Shown piece by piece: positions 1-10,041 of a stretch of DNA of 64,000 bases. Made by a program: the position numbers and the translations under genes. This DNA is from Mayamaea pseudoterrestris. Taxonomy: Eukaryota. The stretch covers positions 186,001 to 250,000 of the forward strand of contig BROI01000008.1 of assembly GCA_027923505.1 (NCBI GenBank), read 5' to 3'. How positions within the stretch are numbered: the first letter of the stretch is position 1; each line of letters starts with the position of its first letter. A model generated the notes under the pieces. The model worked only from the letters and a program-made list of their open reading frames with translations. It did not search any database and was not told the DNA's origin.

Positions 1-286
1 AGCTGTGCCACGCCTGTTACGGACTTATTGATATGCAAGCGTGCGCTGCGTTGCCTACAAGATTTTGCCATGGCAATGACGGAAGGGCGAGGCTGTCTTC
101 GGCATCATCAACGTCATCAAATTCATGTCGTACCACTACTTCATGCGTCACAACACGTTTCACGCGATGAGTCACTCGCTCATCGATATTCGATGCGCAA
201 CCATGAGCTGCCAGAATGTCATACTAGTAGTTTCAAGAGGCATTAAACATTCTCTATTACAATAATCCACTGTTCTTTTTTCAATC

Positions 287-1033
287 ATGACCTTTGCTCG
301 GTGCACACTCATGTTCTTAGCATTCTTGGTGCTCGAAATTCAAGCATTCTCCACTTTGGCTGCTACTCGCACCACGAAGCAACAATCATCTTCATGCAAA
401 TCTCTAATCACGTTATCAGCCGTCGAGGATGAAAATCATATTCCTTTTATTAAGCAAATGCGATATGCGTTTGCTGCAACAACCCTCGGGCTATCATTAA
501 TGTCAGCACCTGCAATGTCCCTTGCAGACGGAAGTACTAAGGAATTCAAACTACCACCCATTGATCGCGAAGACAAGAACCGATGTGTTCTTCAGGGAAG
601 CAGCATGGGTCAGGCAAATGCAGCACGAGACAAGCTATACGATTTACGTCTATGTCAACTCGGTGGACAAGATGCGTCAGGTTTGGACTTGTCGGGAGTC
701 ATTATGAGTCGAACTGACGTCTCAAAGGCAAAGTTTGTCGAAGCGTATTTTAGTAAGGGATATCTACATGACTCCAACTTTGATGGAGCCGACTTTACAA
801 ATGCTATTGTTGATCGAGCGTCATTCTCGGGGTCCACATTGCGCGGCACCATCTTTAAAAACTCGGTGCTGACAGGCACATCCTTTGAAAACGCCAATGT
901 TGAGGGAGCCGACTTCACGGAAGCAGCGCTTGGAGACTTTGATATAAAGAGTCTTTGCCGAAACCCAACACTCAAGGGAGAAAACCCAACGACTGGCGAA
1001 GACACACGAATGTCTGTTGGATGCCGGAACTAA
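287..1033 (+). CDS. Plastid thylakoid-lumen pentapeptide-repeat protein (TL17/17.4 kDa-like)
   Basis: Signal peptide ending IQA-F, transit region and a second hydrophobic segment (lumen signal). Pentapeptide repeats A(D/N)Fxx (GADFT NAIVD RASFS...). Motifs MGQANAARDKLYDLR and LCRNPTLKGENPTTGEDTR..GC. Confidence 0.85.
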   Translation: MTFARCTLMFLAFLVLEIQAFSTLAATRTTKQQSSSCKSLITLSAVEDENHIPFIKQMRYAFAATTLGLSLMSAPAMSLADGSTKEFKLPPIDREDKNRCVLQGSSMGQANAARDKLYDLRLCQLGGQDASGLDLSGVIMSRTDVSKAKFVEAYFSKGYLHDSNFDGADFTNAIVDRASFSGSTLRGTIFKNSVLTGTSFENANVEGADFTEAALGDFDIKSLCRNPTLKGENPTTGEDTRMSVGCRN

Positions 1034-1347
1034 ATAATGACGTTGAGGGTACGCGGTTGCTAAAAATTTAAATGAGCTAGCTAATCATGATTTGTATGGT
1101 AACACACACTATCCTGCCTAATCATCGTACGTAATAGTTTAGGAGTATGTACCGGCATAATACCAACTTAGCAAGCGAAAGAAAAGGTTACTGTAGCATT
1201 CTGGGCCGCTGCGGTGCGGAAGGCGCAGCTCACGAATCGACGCTGATGACGTACGTGCGCGCCATCAAAATGATCCGTTTCATCCCATTTTTTCTTTGAC
1301 GCTATTCTCATCTTTTGCTTCGTCCATCATTGCCGCAACTTATTTAC

Positions 1348-1968
1348 ATGACTAACATGATACAAAGGCTAATCAGAGTGTTGGTGTTAATCGGAGGGTT
1401 ATCTTCGAGTGCGTTTCATGTGCAACCTTCGAGAACTAATGTAAACATTCACCGTCTCGCCGCGCAGTCTTCCGATGATTCAACAATTGGCATATCAAGG
1501 AGCGATGCAATTATGAAGGGCGTTTTGGACAGCATAATTACTGGATCATTATTGTTGGCAAGCCCAAGCATGTCCAGAGCAGATGTCGCAGATGGTAACG
1601 TTCTTCCCCAAGGAGCTGCTCAATTTAGTCGCGTGCTCCGACTCAAGAGCGACCTCCAAGGTGTAAAGAGGCGAGTCGTCACTGGTGGTGAACTCATTGG
1701 AAAACCCGAATGGGACAATATAAGTCGATTTCTTCGAACAGCATACAGTACTGGCGACGATATGAAGGCTGTTGCTGGTGGTGTTGCGGATCCCGAAAGA
1801 AAACGACGAGCGTTAACTGATGTCGATCTCGTTCGGCAGTACGCGCAAGCAGGTGAAATTCCAGTTTCCAAAAAGTCTCCAGAGGGCCTGGTTCCAGTGC
1901 TTGAGAAGATGAGTGCCCTAGTCGACGACTTTTTAGATGCTCTGAGCGACATTCCGGACGAAATCTAA
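1348..1968 (+). CDS. Plastid lumen-targeted PsbQ-like helical protein
   Basis: First ATG at 1348 (the ORF track starts at a TTG). Signal peptide SSSA-F, hydrophobic lumen signal ending SRA-D, and a helical domain with W..ISRFLR...DDM resembling the PsbQ fold. Confidence 0.55.
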   Translation: MTNMIQRLIRVLVLIGGLSSSAFHVQPSRTNVNIHRLAAQSSDDSTIGISRSDAIMKGVLDSIITGSLLLASPSMSRADVADGNVLPQGAAQFSRVLRLKSDLQGVKRRVVTGGELIGKPEWDNISRFLRTAYSTGDDMKAVAGGVADPERKRRALTDVDLVRQYAQAGEIPVSKKSPEGLVPVLEKMSALVDDFLDALSDIPDEI

Positions 1969-2240
1969 AACGGATGGTCGGTCGAGTGAAGGTCGAAGGC
2001 CATGTTGCTGCTTATCCCAGATACTTAGAGAACTACAGTGCGATGCCCAAACTTCTATTAAATATGGCTTAATCGCCTATCTACAATGTACCGATACGTG
2101 TACTTGTATAGATTACAAAACGTTCGAGCCCCATGAGCAATCAATTTTCAAATGAATCGCAGCGGTACTCATTCGGCCGAATAATCGACGAAAAGGACGG
2201 ATGAGTAATCTCGACCAACGGTTCAAATCCCGATGCTGCC

Positions 2241-4334
2241 ATGAGTGATCATGGAATCAATGACGCATGCGAAGACGAAGATGACGGAACATTGCTCACT
2301 CAGCCTGCACTGAGATCGCCGCATGGCATGAGTGAGGACGCTGACGCTGCACAGCAAAGTGCGAGCGAGTCTTCGGATGTCGACGAATCATCCGCCGCGT
2401 CCTCGACGCCGCCTTCTCCAACACTGGCGGAACGAAGAGCTCAGAATATTCAACGAAATGTTGATTTGCTGGAACGTCTTGGACTCCAGCATGGAATCGC
2501 GCCAAGGAAGCTGCAGCCAAAGCGAAAGAGGGTCATTGTGGACGAAGAATCGACTGATGCCACTTCCATTAGATTGAAGGGAATGATTCTACCAACGCGA
2601 ACTAGTGCGAACAAGTTAAATACGGAAACAATCTACTTGAAATATCCTCATCGCGAACCCCAGTTGCGGCGGCTTCTGGGCTGCATTCTTGCTGCCGCCT
2701 CGCATCCAACGGAATACGTTCCGTCGCCCATTATATGTCACGGCCCTGCAGGCACTGGGAAGACTGCCATTCTTTTAGATATATTAAAGCTTTTGCCGAA
2801 CTATCGGACAGCTTATGTCAACTGCGCAACTTTCGAACAGGTGGGCAATGCAGAGCTATTGATGCTTCATATATCCAACCAACTTCGCAACAAACCGTGT
2901 CCGCATCTGCACGACAACCTGACGCTACAGAAGCTATCACGCGCCACGAACCAAACAGACGAAACGGAGCAGATGGAAGAGCTTGGCACGAAAGGATCTC
3001 GACGATCTAGGTCGGCAACATATGCACCTACCATGAGCGTTTTGAAAGGCTCGGCAAAACAATATACGACATACTCACTACAGGCTGAGATGAGCTCATT
3101 GGCCGAGTCTGCAGACGCGCCCCTTTGTGCAGTTTGGAACTTTGGCCGAGAATTGAAGGAACAGTTGTCTATGGATACATGCTTAATCCTTGTATTGGAC
3201 AACGCCGAATTAATCCCTGCGACAGTTCGCAACAATAAGAATCTTTTGGCGCAACTCCTGTTGCTCCCTCAAGTGTTCGAACTAAATTTGACAATTGTGC
3301 TCATTACCAATACTTATCTGCTTCACGAAACAAGAATGGACAATCTTGCGGCAGCGAGCCTGTCCCTGGCAACCTTATCTGGCGACGTACATCCAATTGT
3401 AATTCGCTTTTCCGCCTACAGACCTAAGCAACTCAAGACAATTCTTAAACGGCCTTTAATCCAGCTGTCAATCGTTGAGCAATGCAAGGACCCGATTGAA
3501 TGTTGCAGCGGCTTTTCATTTGTCAAGCATTTGTACGACTCTTTCCTCGACATGGTTATTCAAACACTACATGGAAGGACGGCAAACGTTTGTGAGGTGA
3601 TCCAACTCGCTCGGTCCATGTGGCCAGCATTCACTCTACCTCTCACGAGCAAGTACTTTGAAAAAACAGTGGCAACGATCAAGTCTGCAACGCTAGCCAA
3701 AGCGAAAGCTTCTTGCGCTGTGGTAGATTCCGCATCTGCAGATCGTGAATTTGCATCATTCTTGAACAAAAAGATACGTCCATTGTTGCGAGATTTAGAG
3801 GCCACAGGGTTCGGTTCATTGAGTAACATCACGACAAGCTGTGACGCTTCTCAGCAATGGCCAGATCTCGTAAGATATTTAATGCTTGCCGCATATTTAT
3901 GTCAGGTGAACCATGCTGACAAGGACAAGCAGCTATTTAGCATCCGTAAAAATAGACAACGGCGGCCAAACGACGCTAATCACGACGAACAGGAAGAGTT
4001 AGCTTTTGGGTCGACCGCCGAAAAGAACTCGTCTAGATACATTCGGCCCCATTCTTTTCCGCTGGAGCGTGTCTTGTCGGTGTTTGTGTGCATCGTCGGC
4101 CTACGTCGGTTAAATAAGGATGAAAATGACACATTGGGGAATCTTGGCGACGTGTTTTTTAATGACATGTTTTCTACACTCCGTGAGGCCGGTGTACTGC
4201 TTGAACAATGCACTCCGTCAGCTTCGGATGCAATTAGCTTAACGGCGCCGCGCTATCACACGACAATCTCTGATGATGACGCCAAGTCACTCGCGAGGGC
4301 GATGAACTTCCCTCTCGATCAATTTACCTTATGA
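2241..4334 (+). CDS. ORC5: Origin recognition complex subunit 5
   Basis: AAA+ Walker A GPAGTGKT, AYVNC and LVLDNAE. ORC5 C-terminal motifs YLMLAAYLCQVN..DKDKQLF and PHSFPLERVL. Confidence 0.85.
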   Translation: MSDHGINDACEDEDDGTLLTQPALRSPHGMSEDADAAQQSASESSDVDESSAASSTPPSPTLAERRAQNIQRNVDLLERLGLQHGIAPRKLQPKRKRVIVDEESTDATSIRLKGMILPTRTSANKLNTETIYLKYPHREPQLRRLLGCILAAASHPTEYVPSPIICHGPAGTGKTAILLDILKLLPNYRTAYVNCATFEQVGNAELLMLHISNQLRNKPCPHLHDNLTLQKLSRATNQTDETEQMEELGTKGSRRSRSATYAPTMSVLKGSAKQYTTYSLQAEMSSLAESADAPLCAVWNFGRELKEQLSMDTCLILVLDNAELIPATVRNNKNLLAQLLLLPQVFELNLTIVLITNTYLLHETRMDNLAAASLSLATLSGDVHPIVIRFSAYRPKQLKTILKRPLIQLSIVEQCKDPIECCSGFSFVKHLYDSFLDMVIQTLHGRTANVCEVIQLARSMWPAFTLPLTSKYFEKTVATIKSATLAKAKASCAVVDSASADREFASFLNKKIRPLLRDLEATGFGSLSNITTSCDASQQWPDLVRYLMLAAYLCQVNHADKDKQLFSIRKNRQRRPNDANHDEQEELAFGSTAEKNSSRYIRPHSFPLERVLSVFVCIVGLRRLNKDENDTLGNLGDVFFNDMFSTLREAGVLLEQCTPSASDAISLTAPRYHTTISDDDAKSLARAMNFPLDQFTL

Positions 4335-4355
4335 GACGCACAAAACGCCATAATT

Positions 4356-6005
4356 TTAAACTGTTTTCTTTGTCCGCCTTTTCTCTTCCTTGTGCTGCTG
4401 CCGCTTGTGCTTACGGTGTAACAAGCGTTCATCGTAGTTTGGTTTTTGCTTGGCTGCTTCAATGAGCCTTTCGCGGATGCTTGCCACCTTGTCCGCGGCT
4501 CCAGTTACCTTCCAAGTAGCCTTCAAATATTCGTGTCTCATGCTAAAGTCGTATTCAAGTATCTTCTTCATAACAACGATGCGTCGGCCAAGCTCGGTGC
4601 CCAATGGTTGGTAGCACCAGTGCAGCATTTGAAGGCATTCGTGTTGCGGCAAATCAGAGTTTGGATCAAATTCAGCAAAGGATGGAATGACGTAAACAAG
4701 GCGACCGTTCATTCGAAGAGTCCGAGCAGCCATGTCCAAAAGATCGGCCATTACATCCGAAACACTATATGGTTTAGTCTGCGCAATGTGATCGTGTCGC
4801 TCGCCCTCTTTGACTGGACAAACGTCCGACTTGCGAGAGCCTGATCTTCTCGCTCCAGCTCGAATACCGTACGGTGGATCAGTAAGAATCGCATCATAAA
4901 GTGGCTTGTGTCTGCGGAAGTGTCGAGAGTAAATGGCATTGTCGCTCCGGATAATTTCTGGTCGCGGCAGCTGGAATTGCCGGAAATTTGACCAAATCTT
5001 TTGATCCGTACCCTTGCCGCGTAGGACGCGAAAATCAATATCAGTACCCACACAATAAGCACCTCGATAGGCGCAACTGAGTAAGATTGATCCAGTCCCA
5101 ACAAAAGGATCCAGGACTGCATCACTCTGGCTAACGAGTCCGAGATTAGTCATAACAAAGCTCAATTCAGCATCCATGCTTGTTGGCCCGATGTATGGCC
5201 TTTTCTTGAGACAAAAATCTTCGAAGCCGCCTCTGCCCTTCCTCCTGCGCCCATCTGCGCCAATAATTCTCCCAAAATAAGTGGCGAGGGGAGGGCGATC
5301 GACATTTTCCAGGATAGGTCGCTTGAGGTGGTCATGCTTCGGATACAGTGGGCCTCCATTAGCGTCAAGTTCCACTTCTTGGATTATAATAAACTCATTT
5401 GTCGGGTCCTCCATAACAACAGGTCCCTTGAAGTTAAGAAAGCTAAAAGCGTTTCGCATAACCGATTGATCGTCTCGTGACGCTTTGGATCCGAGCGACT
5501 GAATCGTTAATTTCCAACTCTTATCCAATGTCGAACTCCTTTGAAATAGATGTTTGCCAACTGTAGATTGAATATATTCTTTCGTCTTGTTGGCGCAATC
5601 CTGCGTGGTCTCTGCCATTCCCCATAGCTCGATAACGCTTCGAACCAAGACGCATCGTGACATGATGATTGACCCAATGTCCAAGCCAGCAGCCTGGGCG
5701 TTACCAGGCAAATGTTTCGACTCGAACGGCAAGCTTAGTATCATAAAGGGTCGTTTTGACAGTGAACCATCTTTGAAAAGTGCTTTCGAATTGCTTAACG
5801 CCAGTCCCTTTTCAAATATTTCGTCGTTGACAAGGGTAGCGACGCGACACTCATCACTGCCTAAGCAAATCCCATGCAACTCCAAAATTGACTGAACCTC
5901 CGCCAGCTGAAAGTCAAGATGTCTATATGCAAACTCCACAAGTATATTGAACCTCATTTCGTGTACGGGAGATGGATCCAAAGTCATCGGCGAAGCCTCT
6001 TCCAT
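4356..6005 (-). CDS. TRM11: tRNA (guanine(10)-N2)-methyltransferase
   Basis: LKKRPYIGPTSMDAELS, SAM motif DPFVGTGS, GTDID, and DAILTDPPYGIRAG. Confidence 0.93.
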   Translation of the reverse strand: MEEASPMTLDPSPVHEMRFNILVEFAYRHLDFQLAEVQSILELHGICLGSDECRVATLVNDEIFEKGLALSNSKALFKDGSLSKRPFMILSLPFESKHLPGNAQAAGLDIGSIIMSRCVLVRSVIELWGMAETTQDCANKTKEYIQSTVGKHLFQRSSTLDKSWKLTIQSLGSKASRDDQSVMRNAFSFLNFKGPVVMEDPTNEFIIIQEVELDANGGPLYPKHDHLKRPILENVDRPPLATYFGRIIGADGRRRKGRGGFEDFCLKKRPYIGPTSMDAELSFVMTNLGLVSQSDAVLDPFVGTGSILLSCAYRGAYCVGTDIDFRVLRGKGTDQKIWSNFRQFQLPRPEIIRSDNAIYSRHFRRHKPLYDAILTDPPYGIRAGARRSGSRKSDVCPVKEGERHDHIAQTKPYSVSDVMADLLDMAARTLRMNGRLVYVIPSFAEFDPNSDLPQHECLQMLHWCYQPLGTELGRRIVVMKKILEYDFSMRHEYLKATWKVTGAADKVASIRERLIEAAKQKPNYDERLLHRKHKRQQHKEEKRRTKKTV

Positions 6006-6210
6006 GTTTCAAAGTGCGGGAAATGGAAATGAAGGGCTGTCACACTTGTGTGACGCACCGGTGCTCGGCTAGCTACTGATACTTGGCCTGCCAATGTCCA
6101 TGGTCCATTTTGGTACACAAACACCTTCAATGAATTTATTTCCATGCAAAATGTATGATAAATAATTTATATACATGTTTTGTCCCTTTTACGGAGCAGA
6201 CAGAATACAC

Positions 6211-7861
6211 CTATGTCAGCATCGGCAGCGCATAATTGGCAAGTGCATTGCCGTCGGCGCTGGCCTGTACCGGTATATCGCTATGAATATGATAAATGTG
6301 CAAAGAGTCCGATGACCCGGCAGATCGAATCGTCGCCGAGTGGTCGTCGTCACCAGGCAGGAGCGGTTCGGACGATGCAATGGATTGCGCTTGGTACCTT
6401 CGCCGCATGATCCACATGACAATCGTGAGAAGCACCACCACCCCAATGCCCATGAATACGCTACCCGTTGCAAGCACAATGTCGGCAATTGGCATGTCAA
6501 GTTCATCCTCGTAAGCCATAATCTTGTGTTCAACCGGTCGATAAGCGGCAGACTGGCCGTAGATTTGTCCACCAATTGAAATCGGCAACATGCCGCCTTG
6601 AGTCGTGGCATCTTCAACATCTCGCATCGTCATGGGATAAAGAGTTGTATGAGTTCGGAACTTCATGCACTGATTGACCTGTGATGTTTAAATCAAAAAA
6701 TGGATCGGACTCGTGAGTATCTTGTTTGATATATATGATAAGTCGCCATTTGTAAACAACAACTGCAGCACGAGAGGGAAACATACGTACATTGGTGTAG
6801 CCAGCATCGTCATTACACTGAAAGTAGCCTTCGTTAGGGTCATCGTCAAGCCTCCTTCGGCCACTACCGTAACTGGATCGAATGGCTGACGCTCGACAAG
6901 GTTGGCAATACTTATACGGTTCCAGAGCGTCGTTGAACATCCTTGCAGCAGTACCAGTCAAGTAGTGCCCCTGCAGCACGCTTCCGGCGGAAGCATACTT
7001 GTATTCAATGCGGCAATCACTATCAGTGTACAGTGCGAGAGTCATGTTCCCACCCAGTGTGGGTTTCAAGTCGGTGTAGATTGAGTGCCCCGATGGAGAC
7101 TTTGAGTTCGTCTTAACACAGCCTTCCGGCCAGGCTTCGCGGTAAGTTTGCATCCATTGATAAGTTGAGTAGCTCCATAGACAATATCCAGCATGTTTAA
7201 AAAGTTGTTCAAACCACTCTGATGCATACTGCTCCTCTTTGTAAACGCCCAGCAGTTGCCATGTCGTCGTGTTAGTCATGTGGCAATCCATAGGTGCACA
7301 TCGACCATTTCCGTGCGTGCTGCATGGTCTGGTGTCCCATTTTTGGTAGTATGCGTTGTAGTGCATGTATTCCCCTATGCCGCCGCCTTGATAGTTTGGA
7401 TCGACATACTGCCAATGAAATTGATGAAAAATGAGAATATATACAAATATAAATTGGCATCGTATGAGAGCCACGATGATACACTCATTGTATCGCTCTA
7501 TAGCACCTACCGCAGCCCATATCAAGTATCGCACGCAGCGTGAATTACTCCTCTCTTCCGCATCATCGCCGTCGCGACTATGATGGTCTTTGCTATCGCC
7601 CTCAGCCCGCCCTCGCTGACTGCAGTCAATGTAGTAGCCAAGGAGTCGCCATGCTTGCTGGTAGCCATCATATGACGTGGACGAGTCGGCAAACTTGCTG
7701 GAAGAATATGCGGATGCCAATCGTCGGTATTCTGTCACTGTAAGATCAGTCGCCTCGGAGTAAGGGAGGAATGCAGCATTGTCGTCGAAGCTGTCAATAC
7801 GAGAGGTTGCGAGGCCAGCACCCAGGAGGAGCATGACGATCCGGAGGATTGTCTTCTTCAT
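6211..7861 (-). CDS. Lineage-specific Cys/Tyr-rich type I membrane protein (3 exons)
   Basis: ATG at 7861 with a signal peptide. Introns 7409-7510 and 6679-6790 (GT..AG on the minus strand) join WAA|YVDPN and GYTN|VNQCMKF. RRL motifs, one TM helix (IVLATGSVFMGIGVVVLLTIVMWI-MRRR) and a short tail. Confidence 0.75.
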
Positions 7862-8207
7862 CCTTTTGGAGCCGACACTTGACAATTTGTTTCCAGAGAG
7901 GTTTAGTTCTTCTACTACTAGTTTGCTTAACGAAACTCATCGTGGTGAGCGCTGTGGTTTTTCAAATCCCTCCATGGAATCTCGCCAAATTCAACGGACG
8001 CTGAAAGTTACTTAGCGTAAAGCACACAAAATAGCCGTTGAGACGTCTAAGTGACACGAGAGGGCGATTCGAATTGTTCCAAGTTCGAACACTATGCACA
8101 TTGGTTCATCCGCTACAGCTTTTGATATCGTCGTCGATCGTCAAAAGAGTTTCTTTTACAACAATCTACACGTAGTTGAACATAGAGCGCGACTATAGAC
8201 GACGAAT

Positions 8208-9890
8208 ATGCGACTACGCTGCCTCAAGGTTCTCGTGGGGCTGCTCGGCACCTCTGCCGTCACGCATGGCGTTAGAGATTCGGCCTGGCACAATGGTATT
8301 GAAACTCCCAATGTGGAGCTCCCAATGTACTGGGGCGACATGCCGAATATACTCGAAGACTTGAGCAAATTTTCCAATCTTTATGTTAAATATCATTCCT
8401 GTGCTTGGACGCATCTTGGTGGATATGGCGATCAGGAAGACACCGGTCGCGACGTCGAAGAGAATGACTACTGGTATATGGGTTCAATGAACTCTGGAGT
8501 AGGCTGGTCCTACGCCCCGCAGGTTGCCTTTAGCCTTTACGGAACTCTGAAAGGCTCGCGACGGAAAGGTTGCGGGAAGCAGACCTATATCAACAGCTTC
8601 TACACAACGTCGGGGTTTTACGCCTTTTCCAACGCCATTGCTAACGCTGGCATCGCAAACAATGGCAACGATTTCAGCTTGTACTGCCAAAGCGGCGTCA
8701 AATTATCGTGCAGTTCCGTTAACCATGACTTTAGCGCCATCAGTTACAGTGACAGCTACTGCACGCGAGGAAACGAGCAAGGTGAAGGAGTGCCCAATGC
8801 GCTTGCCGCCTTCAATGATGCCTTGAACGAGGCAAAGTGCGTGGAGGTGTATGACGTTAACAATGGATATATTCCTTACTTGCTGTACCATGCTCGTTCG
8901 TGCGAGCTACACGACGAAGCTGGCGCTTGTCCAGATCCTTACGGACGAAAGACCTACTACGATCGCCGGTTGAGTCGAGCACTCTCGGGTCTGGCACCCG
9001 ATGACGAAAAGTTTCATCAAGAATTGCTCAAAGGATACACATTTATCGGGCTAGGGTTTTCTTTCATCGGGCTGGCAGCTATGTTTGCCGTTTATGAAAA
9101 GTTTTACGGTCCGAGACGGGTCGTGAAGACAACGCAAGTTGACTTTAACAAGCACTTGGACGTTGAGGCGCCCATCGATCGCAAACATGATCCGATTGTT
9201 GAAAAACATACAGACAAAGGACTGCCTGACTCTATTACTGCATTATTTGAATCGCCGACGGATGAGCAAAGTGAATGCGACAGTTTGTCGGCCTCCAAGG
9301 CTTCCAGCTTTGAGCATGCACCTGCAGGTAAAGCAATGAGATTTGCGCCGAACATGTTGGAATGCGGCGGAAACAATACCTCTGACAGTTACGATGACGG
9401 ATTCCTCGCCTGTGGTGGTGGCCCGCCAACACTCGAGTTTGTACTGGATCAAGTTGAAGACGCAGTTGCCGCCGCTAACATTCAATGTACTTCGGAGGAA
9501 AAAATAATGGCGTGTGTCCAAGTGGCGATGGACGGCACTCTGCCTGAAATAGAATGCACGCCATATGTCGTTGACGACGACGCTTCCATTGCCGATGCAA
9601 AGGTTGTCTGTGGCGAGCAGCAGGCTGCGGATTCCATACTCGAAGTGATGCCGGCGCAATCGCATAGTTCACAATCGAGTAAAAGTGACGCATCGACAAG
9701 AGTAGATGTCGTCGCTGCAAGCAGAACAAAGGAGGAGGAACTAAGTGACAGCAAGACGCAGGGCGAAGAACCATTGGCAATGCAACAGTCGGGCGATGCT
9801 AATGAGGCGAAAGTAAGGCCCGATTCCGATTCTGGATCGCCAAAAGGAGGCGAAAGACGCTTGAATAAACTTAAATTCTGGAAGGGGTAA
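8208..9890 (+). CDS. Lineage-specific Cys-rich type I membrane protein with long acidic cytosolic tail
   Basis: 560-aa ORF with a signal peptide, a Cys-rich ectodomain (LYVKYHSCAW...), TM GYTFIGLGFSFIGLAAMFAVY and a D/E/S-rich tail. Confidence 0.75.
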   Translation: MRLRCLKVLVGLLGTSAVTHGVRDSAWHNGIETPNVELPMYWGDMPNILEDLSKFSNLYVKYHSCAWTHLGGYGDQEDTGRDVEENDYWYMGSMNSGVGWSYAPQVAFSLYGTLKGSRRKGCGKQTYINSFYTTSGFYAFSNAIANAGIANNGNDFSLYCQSGVKLSCSSVNHDFSAISYSDSYCTRGNEQGEGVPNALAAFNDALNEAKCVEVYDVNNGYIPYLLYHARSCELHDEAGACPDPYGRKTYYDRRLSRALSGLAPDDEKFHQELLKGYTFIGLGFSFIGLAAMFAVYEKFYGPRRVVKTTQVDFNKHLDVEAPIDRKHDPIVEKHTDKGLPDSITALFESPTDEQSECDSLSASKASSFEHAPAGKAMRFAPNMLECGGNNTSDSYDDGFLACGGGPPTLEFVLDQVEDAVAAANIQCTSEEKIMACVQVAMDGTLPEIECTPYVVDDDASIADAKVVCGEQQAADSILEVMPAQSHSSQSSKSDASTRVDVVAASRTKEEELSDSKTQGEEPLAMQQSGDANEAKVRPDSDSGSPKGGERRLNKLKFWKG

Positions 9891-10041
9891 GCACATGCGC
9901 AGGCTACTTTCCGCACCTGGAGAGCAGCGCTGCATCGTTTGAATAGATAAAAATTCTACTACACATGATTATTTAAATTACGAGAACCTTAGCCAAAAAC
10001 TACAGCAGCATGATGTGTACATCAAGGGGGATGTACATGGG

